Below are positions 27,204 through 36,010 of a stretch of DNA of 50,375 bases, in pieces (the first letter of the stretch is position 1; every line of letters starts with the position of its first letter). The position numbers and the translations under genes were made by a program. The notes below the pieces were generated by a model that made no database searches, was not told the DNA's origin, and saw nothing but the letters and a program-made list of their open reading frames with translations. Origin of the DNA: a virus (lineage: Duplodnaviria > Caudoviricetes); IMG/VR virus record IMGVR_UViG_3300010376_000046, positions 1 to 50,375 of that record; one strand, given 5' to 3'.

Positions 27204-29984
27204 TTAATCCTTTTTTCCACCGCTAGGCGATGGTTTAGGCTTTTGGCGTGCCATTTTCTCTTGTGACTTCAACTGTTCCTGCTGCATGTCACTTTGATTC
27301 TGGCGGTCTGCTTCATTCTGCGCAGCTTCGTGTTGTCGATCTGCTTCCTGCTGGTTCGCATCGTGTTGTCTATCAGCATTTTGGTGCGCAGAGTCGAGAT
27401 TTTGCTGACGCATGGCCACTGCCGTATCTGCTGGCATCGAAACGCTACTTCCGTCGATATCATGTAGGACAACTTGCTCGCCTTGACCCGCTGTTTGAGC
27501 GTCTGCACCGGCTTTCATCGCCGCTGCTTGCAAATTAGACGCTTGTTGCGCGTAGAATTTCTCGCGTTCCCACGCCTGTTGTTGCTGGAATTGGTCACGT
27601 TGACGCTTGTCAAGCAACTGTTCCTTCAAAATCAACATTTGCATGCGATTTTGTGCGTCGCGCTCGTCATTTTGTGCTTGCGCGTTAATCTTCATCTGTT
27701 CAATCTGTTGATCGAACTGGAATTTTTGCTGTTCAAGCTGTTGCTGGCCCTGAACTGCGGCCATCTGTGGATTCGGCGGTTGCGGGAACGGCGTTCCGGG
27801 CTGAGGTGCAGTAAAATACTGCGATGGGTCGCCGCGCTGCATTGCGCGCACCAAATCCGACAGTGAATTGAACATATTTGCAGGCGTTACAAGCCCGCCT
27901 GCAATAGCTTGCTGCTGAACCCCGAGAAGTTGCAAAATTTGGGCGATTAGCGCCGCTTGGTCGCCTGTTCCAAGCCCAATGGTGCACTTCATCGTGTATT
28001 TATTGTGCCAAACACGCGGGTCCACATCAGTCCATTTACCGTTCAACTCGAACGCAATGGACTTATCCTGGTGCCGCATGAGCGTTTTCTGCACCAGTTG
28101 ACACATATCTTTCACACCGCCTTCGCCGAACAGGCGGGCGATGAGCTTAACACGCATATCAGCGCGCTGAGTAATACGAGCAAGACCAGAAGCAGTATGG
28201 TTGAGAGTATCGGCATCCATACCCTGCGTGTATTTCGTGACGCCCGACTTCTCTTGAGCGGCGGCGTCGAGATATTCGAGCAGTTGGTATCCACCTTGAG
28301 CGTCCGCCATACCTTGTTGAAGTACGCCGACAGCATTCGCCGATTTGACACGAACCACCCCACCCGGTCGATTAGTCAGTAGATCGTTGATGTTGACCTG
28401 ATTTTCAATCGCCCATGTCCGTCCGTTGATCTGAACATTCATGTTGTCGACTAGAGAGCGCAAAACTCCCGTTTTTGCCAGTTGCATCGGCATTTCGAGG
28501 TCGGCAATTGAACGTCCATAGAACAAACCCGGAATGGGGACCGGGCACAACGCCGCAAACGGTGGCCCATCAACCACCACATTTTCCAGTAGTGCGTTAC
28601 CAGCACGGACGATTTTACGCCACTCGCTGATTCCGTCGCCGTCTGCGTCGATTGGAAGGTAGCATTCGTACAACCATACGAGTCGCATAGACTCGTCGCC
28701 GTAATCATCAAATTGAGACGGCTTATAGACTGTTTGGAGCGACTCTCTGGCCCACATGACCTCTGAGGTTTCGACCGTCAGTGCATCATTGTCACTCGTA
28801 ATCTGGTCCAGATCAATCTCATCGACTCGGTCGCCATACTTGACGCGCAAATCGCTGATGGTTTTTTTCACTCGGTGAGCGCAGAACCCGTCGCTGATAC
28901 GCTTGGAGCGTTCATCAATCAAGAAATCTTCCGGGTTCATCGACTCGATAGCCACATGTCCGCTACGCTGCGACCTCGTCACTACCACATTGTGCAATTG
29001 TGGTAAAGTGGAAACGTCAATCGGTTTCGGCGGTGGCGGTGGCTGCATCGCTGGGCCTTGCGGGGCCATTCCCGGCGGCATCGCACCCGGAGTGCCAGGT
29101 GGGCGTGGGCCACCCATCGGTGGAGGTGCGCCACCAGGTGCGCCACCCGGAGCCGGTGGAGGACTTACTCCCATCGGACCCTGTACTGCTCCAGGTTGCG
29201 GCGGTGGAAACGGCAAACCTTGTGCCTGTGCCATCGCTTTCGCTTCGTTCCATTGGCGCACTGCATCCTGTTGCTGCTTATATTGCGCCATCGCGGCCCG
29301 CTCGGCATTGGGGTCGATGTAACTTGTGAGCTTGGTAATGGTAACTTCGGGGTCATCTGAAATGATAGCCAATTGGCCGTCGTCCAGTTGGTCATACTCT
29401 TCACGCGTCACGTCAGTATACTCGTCCCAAAAGACTTTAGCTATACCGACTTTATTCAGCAAGGAGTTTTTAAACCACTCCAAGAAGAACATGAACCCCG
29501 GATTGTCCTCCATAATGATCCAGTTGACCAAGTTCGTCATTTGCTGCGCTGCATCCACATCACCAGCCTTGCGTGGACCGTACTTGGTAACACAACCCGA
29601 TGCGAGGAACATTTCCATCAACGCGGGCATCATCCACTCAATCTGATCCGACACTGTCGTATCGACCAAATTGGACCTGCCCATAATACCAGGAGGCGAT
29701 AAGTCACCCTCGGCTAGACCGAGATAGTACTGCATCGCCTTGGCTTGTTGAACACTGATTTCAGCACCGAGCCATGTGGTGCTGTTTTTGATACGCGAGC
29801 CGAGAATACTGTCTATCTCAGCATCGGTCATCACCAAGTCTTCTTCTTTCAGATTGGTGGGGTCGTCCTTGGCTTCCTGAACGTGTATAATCTGCACTGG
29901 CACACCCGGCATCGGAATGTTTCCGGGGTGCGTATCGGGACGCCGGTCGTCTCTAAACAGTTCCTCTAGTTCATCGAGTTCCAT
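27204..29984 (-). CDS. portal protein
   Basis: V.DQIEWMMPALM..F, PEDFLID, P.P..FYG.S, DLL..RPGGVVR; Gln-rich C-terminus. Confidence 0.9.
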   Translation of the reverse strand: MELDELEELFRDDRRPDTHPGNIPMPGVPVQIIHVQEAKDDPTNLKEEDLVMTDAEIDSILGSRIKNSTTWLGAEISVQQAKAMQYYLGLAEGDLSPPGIMGRSNLVDTTVSDQIEWMMPALMEMFLASGCVTKYGPRKAGDVDAAQQMTNLVNWIIMEDNPGFMFFLEWFKNSLLNKVGIAKVFWDEYTDVTREEYDQLDDGQLAIISDDPEVTITKLTSYIDPNAERAAMAQYKQQQDAVRQWNEAKAMAQAQGLPFPPPQPGAVQGPMGVSPPPAPGGAPGGAPPPMGGPRPPGTPGAMPPGMAPQGPAMQPPPPPKPIDVSTLPQLHNVVVTRSQRSGHVAIESMNPEDFLIDERSKRISDGFCAHRVKKTISDLRVKYGDRVDEIDLDQITSDNDALTVETSEVMWARESLQTVYKPSQFDDYGDESMRLVWLYECYLPIDADGDGISEWRKIVRAGNALLENVVVDGPPFAALCPVPIPGLFYGRSIADLEMPMQLAKTGVLRSLVDNMNVQINGRTWAIENQVNINDLLTNRPGGVVRVKSANAVGVLQQGMADAQGGYQLLEYLDAAAQEKSGVTKYTQGMDADTLNHTASGLARITQRADMRVKLIARLFGEGGVKDMCQLVQKTLMRHQDKSIAFELNGKWTDVDPRVWHNKYTMKCTIGLGTGDQAALIAQILQLLGVQQQAIAGGLVTPANMFNSLSDLVRAMQRGDPSQYFTAPQPGTPFPQPPNPQMAAVQGQQQLEQQKFQFDQQIEQMKINAQAQNDERDAQNRMQMLILKEQLLDKRQRDQFQQQQAWEREKFYAQQASNLQAAAMKAGADAQTAGQGEQVVLHDIDGSSVSMPADTAVAMRQQNLDSAHQNADRQHDANQQEADRQHEAAQNEADRQNQSDMQQEQLKSQEKMARQKPKPSPSGGKKD

Positions 29985-30014
29985 GGTGCCGTCCTGAGTT
30001 CAGGGCGGGACAGA

Positions 30015-31346
30015 TTAGCCAGTAATCAAACGCGGGTAGTCCAGTTCACGTCCCCAGCCACTCATACCACCCCAGCCTCCACCATGGAAACTGGTATCCA
30101 TCAGTGGTGCATGGACAGCGGCATAGCGTACCATATCGGACGCGTGGGAGTGTTCATCGTGCTGTGGATGCCCATATTTGTTACGCCTATAGCGTTTTAG
30201 GTGCTCCAACAGCTGCTCGCATCTGACCTTGTCAATAAACATCTTCGGCATGGTTTCACGGCAAAGCCTGATGCCGTTTTCCACCCCTAGATTATCCACG
30301 ATTTCGACCGGCCAGCCATAACCCTGCATCATTTCCTGCGGGGTTTCACTGATGAGGATACCGTGGTTCCGCGCATCATGTGGCATGACAACGATTGCGT
30401 TCTCATACCCGCGTCCGCGCAACTCTTCATCGAACCACGACAGCTTCACCCGATTGTTTTCGATGTAATCAACGCACCGGAAGTCCATCACCGTTGCTTG
30501 CCATACGCCACAGGTCATGGCGTCATCGAAACCCAAGTCGAAGACTGCATACGGTTGAATCAACGGGTCGAGAGTGAGTAGGCGCGTGCGTTCTTGACGC
30601 TCCATCTCCACAATTTCATCGAAGTATATTGCACCCTCGACCGCGGCCAGTGGCATTCCCATCCATACATGCTTGTGCAATATCGGATTGCGGCCAAGCA
30701 TATGTTGTTCTTCAAGCTGAAGTACTTTCGGGAACCACGGATTCTGGTCGAAGTTCACGAAAAGACTTGCACAAGCTGGTAAACCTTCCTTGATGACCAG
30801 TTCATAAATTGGGTCAGTTTCCAGAATGGGGTTCCAGCTAAACCAGATTTGCGAACCCTCGGCACGAATGGTAGGAAAAAGGAGTCGAAGTGACTTGAGA
30901 GATACCGACTGTGCCTCCTCGACCCACGCAATATCAATGTCGGCCATTGACTTGATACTATCCACCGTTTCGGCCGTCAGCCCGCGAAAGATGAACGCGC
31001 CGCCGGCGTACCTCTTACTGCGTATTTCATTCGTGAGAATGTCGAACTCACTGGTCAAGCCCAACTCGTTAATCTCATTAACCACATTAGCATAGACTGA
31101 GTCGCGAATCGACAGTTGAACCTCACGCGTGCAGAGTACTCTCAGTTTCCGCTCTGTCGACTTCATTACGAGCGCGCGAGCGAAGTTTTTCGTTTTGCCG
31201 CTGCCGCGCCCGCCGCGCACGCTGATGTAACGCCATTGAGGCTCGAACAAAACTCGAGACCAAGCGGGCATTTTCGCATTCGCGTTAGGTACCGCAACTG
31301 GGGCTAGTGATCGTGCCCAAGGTGGCGGAGTTTGTACATTTGCCAT
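30015..31346 (-). CDS. terL: terminase large subunit
   Basis: Walker A GGRGSGKT, Walker B WVEEA, SWNP, FDLG nuclease motif, SH.SD..RY; start trimmed to ATG 31346. Confidence 0.92.
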   Translation of the reverse strand: MANVQTPPPWARSLAPVAVPNANAKMPAWSRVLFEPQWRYISVRGGRGSGKTKNFARALVMKSTERKLRVLCTREVQLSIRDSVYANVVNEINELGLTSEFDILTNEIRSKRYAGGAFIFRGLTAETVDSIKSMADIDIAWVEEAQSVSLKSLRLLFPTIRAEGSQIWFSWNPILETDPIYELVIKEGLPACASLFVNFDQNPWFPKVLQLEEQHMLGRNPILHKHVWMGMPLAAVEGAIYFDEIVEMERQERTRLLTLDPLIQPYAVFDLGFDDAMTCGVWQATVMDFRCVDYIENNRVKLSWFDEELRGRGYENAIVVMPHDARNHGILISETPQEMMQGYGWPVEIVDNLGVENGIRLCRETMPKMFIDKVRCEQLLEHLKRYRRNKYGHPQHDEHSHASDMVRYAAVHAPLMDTSFHGGGWGGMSGWGRELDYPRLITG

Positions 31347-31406
31347 GTTCAGGGTTGCTCCCTGCCAGTTGAGCCTATAATAGGTGGACAATAGGAGGAA
31401 ATCAAC

Positions 31407-31706
31407 ATGCCAATGAGTGATGAAGACCGCAGAGCTAGACAGAGCGAGACGTGGGCCGGTGAACGTATGTCGCAGTTCCTGAATGATGAACTCATGCAGA
31501 AACATTTTAACGACTTACTTCACGGCTGGCAGAACCAGTGGCTCGACGCACCCACAGTTGAGCAGCGGGAAGAGTTGTGGGCACGCACGCGGGCATTGCG
31601 TGACTTTTTGGAGTCCCTGCAATCAGTTATCAACACCGGCGAAATGGCTGCTGTTCAACTGAAACAGGATAACATGGAACGGCGAGGTGAACAAGATGAG
31701 TCTTAA
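31407..31706 (+). CDS. small helical head-assembly-associated protein
   Basis: AGGAGG RBS; FLND...F...W......REELW...RAL......L......G pattern of the small gene usually found after such portals. Confidence 0.7.
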   Translation: MPMSDEDRRARQSETWAGERMSQFLNDELMQKHFNDLLHGWQNQWLDAPTVEQREELWARTRALRDFLESLQSVINTGEMAAVQLKQDNMERRGEQDES

Positions 31707-31995
31707 CTTTGGCGATGCACTCGCCCTTTTGAAGGTAGGCAAACAAGTTGCCCGTGAAGGCTGGAACGGGAAGAATATGTATCTCTACCTGGTGCCGGGC
31801 CACATGTTCGCAGTGGACAAGGCAAGACCGCCCCTCGACAAGTTGGCGTCGACTGCAACGGTGAGCTATCGCAGCCACATTGATATGCGCACAGCTCAAG
31901 GCGACTTCGTGCCGTGGGTCGCGTCGCAAACAGATCTGCTGGCCGAGGACTGGGTAATTGTGGACGTAGTGGGAGACAATCATGGCAACCGGTAA
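31696..31995 (+). CDS. tad2: DUF2829 / Tad2-like anti-defence sponge protein
   Basis: NFGDAL..LK.G..VAR.GWNGK.M and VPWVASQTDLLAEDW. Confidence 0.8.
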   Translation: MSLNFGDALALLKVGKQVAREGWNGKNMYLYLVPGHMFAVDKARPPLDKLASTATVSYRSHIDMRTAQGDFVPWVASQTDLLAEDWVIVDVVGDNHGNR

Positions 31996-32488
31996 ACAAG
32001 TGACGCCCGCATGGGCACAAGACAAGCCGCGGACACCGGTAGAGTTGGAGAACGATGCGGCCGTGCGTGGCATGAAGGAAGGTTCGGGCACATTGGGCGG
32101 CTTCGCATTGGGCAACAAGAGTCAGCCCACATTGGTTGGTGAAGGCAACACCTTGCAGCCGGGGGAAAACCCGTTCACCAAAAAGGCACCGGAGCCAGTG
32201 GTGGTGCAAGAGGAAGTCATCATCGCGCCCGATGGCACTCCAATGTGGGGCGACTTCGTGAAGTTTGTGATGAAGCACGGCGACCACATTCAACGGGTTG
32301 AGTATCCGAATCCACCAAAGAACACGGACATGGAAGAGTTCTTCCGGGGCAAGCCCGTACCCGCAGGAGGTCGGCCCGTGAATGTAATCGACACCCAGTG
32401 GAAAGGCATACCTGTCTTCCAAGGTGGAGCCGCACGGATCATGCACGACGTATATGGTTGGGCCACATGGGAGGATTGCCAAACATGA
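31982..32488 (+). CDS. hypothetical protein
   Basis: GGGAG RBS; 168-aa ORF coupled to the upstream gene. Confidence 0.6.
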   Translation: MATGKQVTPAWAQDKPRTPVELENDAAVRGMKEGSGTLGGFALGNKSQPTLVGEGNTLQPGENPFTKKAPEPVVVQEEVIIAPDGTPMWGDFVKFVMKHGDHIQRVEYPNPPKNTDMEEFFRGKPVPAGGRPVNVIDTQWKGIPVFQGGAARIMHDVYGWATWEDCQT

Positions 32489-32580
32489 AATGGCGTCGTA
32501 TCTACCACATTGAATACACCATCAGTGGGCACTGGTGGGTGACGATCTATGAGTGCTTTAGGAGATAGGGGGAAATAGGC

Positions 32581-33198
32581 ATGAGTGAGAACAACTGGAA
32601 AGCGGGTGAGAGTGAGGAAGGTTTGGCACCCAGAGACTTCCCGCGCGGTGACGCGTATAATGTGGGAACCGTGGGTGAAGTGGCTGCAAGAGGTCAGCGG
32701 GCCGAGTTGATACGACAGATGGAGGCGGACCGGGCGGAAAGGGGCACCCGGAAGGGTTCGCCGAATAGATTGGCGCGGTATGATATCACCGCAAGCGCCA
32801 AGGTCTATGGACTGCGTGCGCTGGCCACCATTGTCGAGATTATGGAAGACGCCGAGGAAGCCGCACCCGTGCGACTAGCCGCAGCCAAGGAGGTATTGGA
32901 CCGGGCGTTTGGACGACCGAAGCAAATCACCGAGATTGGGGGACTGGATGGAGATGAAATCCGTAATCGACTGGTGATTGAGTTCGTGGGCGCGGGGGCG
33001 GGGCCATTGCCAAGCAGGGTGGAAAACCGGCCGAAGTCGGAAGTGGATCACAGGTGGAACAGCAAAGTGTTGGAGGAAGGCGTAACTCAGGTGGAGGAAG
33101 TTAACCGGGTTGGGGCAAGTGGAGCGGTGGAACCTGCCAGCGATGTGAGTGAAGTGGTGGGAGTGAAACCCAGCTTTGTTAACCCTTGGGCGAAGTAA
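32581..33198 (+). CDS. putative terminase small subunit
   Basis: GTRKGSPN...AL.TIVEIM......VRLAAAKEVLDRAFGRPKQ..EIGG.DG pattern. Confidence 0.65.
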   Translation: MSENNWKAGESEEGLAPRDFPRGDAYNVGTVGEVAARGQRAELIRQMEADRAERGTRKGSPNRLARYDITASAKVYGLRALATIVEIMEDAEEAAPVRLAAAKEVLDRAFGRPKQITEIGGLDGDEIRNRLVIEFVGAGAGPLPSRVENRPKSEVDHRWNSKVLEEGVTQVEEVNRVGASGAVEPASDVSEVVGVKPSFVNPWAK

Positions 33199-33421
33199 AG
33201 GGATGCGAGCGGTGGAAGATAAGAGATTTTCAGCACTCTTGGGATTCTAGAAATTTTTAACTAATCGGTACTCCACTGACCTGCACAAGGTACCCTAGCA
33301 GGGTTTAAGAGGACCCAGTGGCTCTGATTCGGTGTGGTGGGGGTCTCTGGCCCCGTTTTCGCCCGTGTTCGCGGGTCCGGTGGGCGCTCGGTCGCGCCCC
33401 CGTTCCTGTTATGTAAACAGT

Positions 33422-33631
33422 TCACCAATACTGCATCTCGAACGAGTGAAGTGAGTGCTTAAGTCGCTGTGCTTCGGCCCAGTCGCGCGCTTCAGTCTCT
33501 GTTCGCTCCCTAATGTCCCATTCGCCATTAGGGCCAAAAGGTCCGTCTATCATCGGGGGTTGCTCGCGGCAATAGTCCCGCACGATTCCGTCGTCATTCT
33601 TAATACGAAAGATGATTTGCCAGCATGCCAT
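33422..33631 (-). CDS. hypothetical protein
   Basis: GGGAG RBS; own promoter TTGCGA-17-GATAAT on the - strand (33695-33667). Confidence 0.55.
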   Translation of the reverse strand: MACWQIIFRIKNDDGIVRDYCREQPPMIDGPFGPNGEWDIRERTETEARDWAEAQRLKHSLHSFEMQYW

Positions 33632-33690
33632 TTTGTTTGCTCCCTGCATCCGTTGAAAGAGATTCTATTATCGTGAAATTATAGAATTCT

Positions 33691-33809
33691 CGCAACCTAG
33701 GGGAAACCCTAATAGCGCTGTTTCTAGAATTCTGATATTCGCGCATCCGCGCGCATTCCCAAAAAGATTTTAGATTTTTTTCGAAACATAGGGTTTTCCC
33801 TAGGTCGCG
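33691..33809. promoter_or_regulatory. 21-bp inverted repeat pair at divergent promoters
   Basis: 33691-33711 CGCAACCTAGGGGAAACCCTA vs reverse complement of 33789-33809: 19/21 identical. Confidence 0.6.
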
Positions 33810-33913
33810 CGAGCCGATTTAATCTCTAATATTCTATCCATACCAGCGCAATAGGGCGCTAGGCAAAAAATGCAGGGCAATCAAGCCCTAGCGAATTTTT
33901 AGGATTATATATC

Positions 33914-34429
33914 ATGGCAAATCGTTCCAATCGTCGCGCCCAAGCCGCTCAAGCCGCTATTGATCCGCAAGCAAGCGCGGATGCAATCATTGCGGAGCAA
34001 GCCGCTATCCAAGCCGCTGAGCAAGCGCCGCAAGCCGCTGAGCAAGCCGCAATCGTCGCATGGCCTTTCCCCCGCTCCCCTATCGAAGCGCCTAGCGCGG
34101 AGGAAATTGAAGCGGAGCAAGCGGAGGAAAATGAAGCGCTCGCAATGGCGCAGCGCCGCGCGGATGCAATCGCTAATGCCATGCTTGCCGCTGAAAATGC
34201 GCCGAGCAATCGCAGCGCCGCGAAGAAAGAATATATTCATCGCTCAAGCATTCTCAAGCCCACGAAAAAAGTTTGGGCAATCGCAGATGCAATGATTGCG
34301 CATGCGGATGAAAATAATCTGCCGCGCCCAAGCCGCGCGGAGATTATCGCGGAATGCATTGATCGCGGCATCGCAAGCGGAACGAGCGCGACCCAATATC
34401 AGGCATGGAAAAAAGCTATGGGATATTAA
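33914..34429 (+). CDS. Ala/Glu-rich protein with C-terminal helical domain (candidate first-expressed gene)
   Basis: Own promoter, AGGA RBS and double terminator; PTKKVWAIADAM...R.EII..C...GIA..T..TQYQ.W. Confidence 0.8.
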   Translation: MANRSNRRAQAAQAAIDPQASADAIIAEQAAIQAAEQAPQAAEQAAIVAWPFPRSPIEAPSAEEIEAEQAEENEALAMAQRRADAIANAMLAAENAPSNRSAAKKEYIHRSSILKPTKKVWAIADAMIAHADENNLPRPSRAEIIAECIDRGIASGTSATQYQAWKKAMGY

Positions 34430-34443
34430 AATGCATAGCTTTC

Positions 34444-34508
34444 AATGGGGCTTCGGCCCCATTTTTTTCGCCCAGCCGATAGCTAAAATCTATCGGCTTT
34501 TTGCTTTT
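34444..34508 (+). terminator. tandem rho-independent terminators
   Basis: AATGGGGC-TTCG-GCCCCATT + T run, then AGCCGATAG...CTATCGGCT + T run. Confidence 0.75.
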
Positions 34509-34679
34509 CATAGCTCCCGCGCCAATCGCATTTTTAGCCCCGCCAAGCCGCTAGGCATAGAAGCGCATAGGGATATATTGCCAGCGCCGAGCAAGCCGCG
34601 CCACGCGCCTAAAAATGCCCCTAGCGCCGATGTTTTGAGCCGAGCAAGCCCCGCATTTTCGCTCGCCAGCCGCGCACTG

Positions 34680-34745
34680 AATGACAATCGTTCGCATTCC
34701 AGTCTGTGAATGCACATCAGTCTCATTCGCCACTCGATTCGCATT
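34680..34745. promoter_or_regulatory. tandem Fur-box-like sites
   Basis: AATGACAATCGTTCGCATT, AATGCACATCAGTCTCATT and a third half-site. Confidence 0.4.
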
Positions 34746-34989
34746 CAATGTTACATACATGGTTACTTAGACCGACCCGCTAACCGCACCAACCAGACGC
34801 CAAAAATGTACAAGATGAAAACGCAATCGACGTACCGAAAAACATAAACTGGGAAACTGTTTAATAAACACAATTGCCAACTGTTTTCATATTTGTCAGT
34901 TTCATTTTCATGTTTTCAAAAAACCCAAAACCAAAACGAGTTTAAACAACTTGGTCTATGAACATAAGTATCTAACCGTGGTCTGCTAA

Positions 34990-35406
34990 CTATTTGTACC
35001 ACAGTATGTCTGACGGCACGCGGATATCGAGGTACCACACGAGCGCATCGAATGCCGCGCGCCAGTGATGAAAAACCCCGTAGAGATACCCTTGGCTCGC
35101 AACAAAGGTTTCGAACTCTTTCTGCACTTTACTTTGCGTACCATGTGCGTTCTTCATTTCTAGAAAGAAGCCGTGATAACCTTTGCGTGCAACAGGTAAT
35201 AATAAATCCGCAACTCCAGGTTTCACTCCTTCGGCTTTTAACATACTCGCCACCGCCAGGTTTCGGTCACCACCATTCGGTATAGCGAACAACCATTTCA
35301 ACTCAGGTGCCACTTCCCATAGACGGGGTAAACTCGACAAAAGTGCCGCTTGCTGGCTATGTTCCGATACTCCCGCTATACTGTCTGGATCAGACATGTC
35401 TCTCAT
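34990..35406 (-). CDS. VRR-NUC domain nuclease / Holliday junction resolvase
   Basis: EHSQQ, FAIPNGG.R, LKAEGVKPGVADL, FLEMK...G.QS..QK. Confidence 0.85.
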   Translation of the reverse strand: MRDMSDPDSIAGVSEHSQQAALLSSLPRLWEVAPELKWLFAIPNGGDRNLAVASMLKAEGVKPGVADLLLPVARKGYHGFFLEMKNAHGTQSKVQKEFETFVASQGYLYGVFHHWRAAFDALVWYLDIRVPSDILWYK

Positions 35407-35554
35407 TTTTCACTTCCTCATCTTGTGTCAAAACCGCCGTACCACAATCACTATGCACGCCCAAGCGCCCACATGGATCACCAGCAGCCGCTCAACTTCG
35501 TCACGACCGCAATAATCAGCACCCATGCTATTACCCACAGTACATCATGCTTAC

Positions 35555-35821
35555 TCATTTCATTACATACCCACCAGTTTCATGATCCCATCGCCACTCG
35601 CGTCCATCATACTCACTAATCGTGTCATCAAGACTTACTTCACTATGCCTACTCCACTTTATCCACTCTTCTTGCGCAGCTTCCATAACTTTGTCTCGAT
35701 CCTTGTTAATCTTGATATTGTAAATCCACACCCATCGATCACTGCCATTCAGTCTAACTTGCAATTCCGCATGGCTCGATTGATCGAAATGCACAACAAT
35801 AATTCTCACATTAGCATCCAT
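35555..35821 (-). CDS. hypothetical protein
   Basis: GGGTG RBS-like sequence; 88-aa ORF on the replication strand. Confidence 0.5.
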   Translation of the reverse strand: MDANVRIIVVHFDQSSHAELQVRLNGSDRWVWIYNIKINKDRDKVMEAAQEEWIKWSRHSEVSLDDTISEYDGREWRWDHETGGYVMK

Positions 35822-35839
35822 GTTTCACCCAGATTATAA

Positions 35840-36010
35840 AAGTTTAGAATTGCTTAATTAAGCAAGCTAATTTAGGCACTGCTAATTTAAGCGCTGCTAA
35901 AATTAAATAAGGGGGGGGGGCAAGCCCCCCCTATCCCCCTAATTTTAGCTATTAGCCCGTGAGTTATTTCAGCAGGTTAACTTCAGCTAATTTCAGCGCT
36001 ATTTCAGCCG
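35840..36010. repeat. putative replication origin (AT-rich iterons and hairpin)
   Basis: 16-bp palindrome TTGCTTAATTAAGCAA, repeated GCTAATTT, G10-CAAG-C7 hairpin, four TTCAGC repeats, directly after the primase gene. Confidence 0.5.

Noticed and set aside
29010-29240. Intein or intron in the portal
   Set aside because: Frame is continuous and no splicing motifs were seen; it is a low-complexity loop
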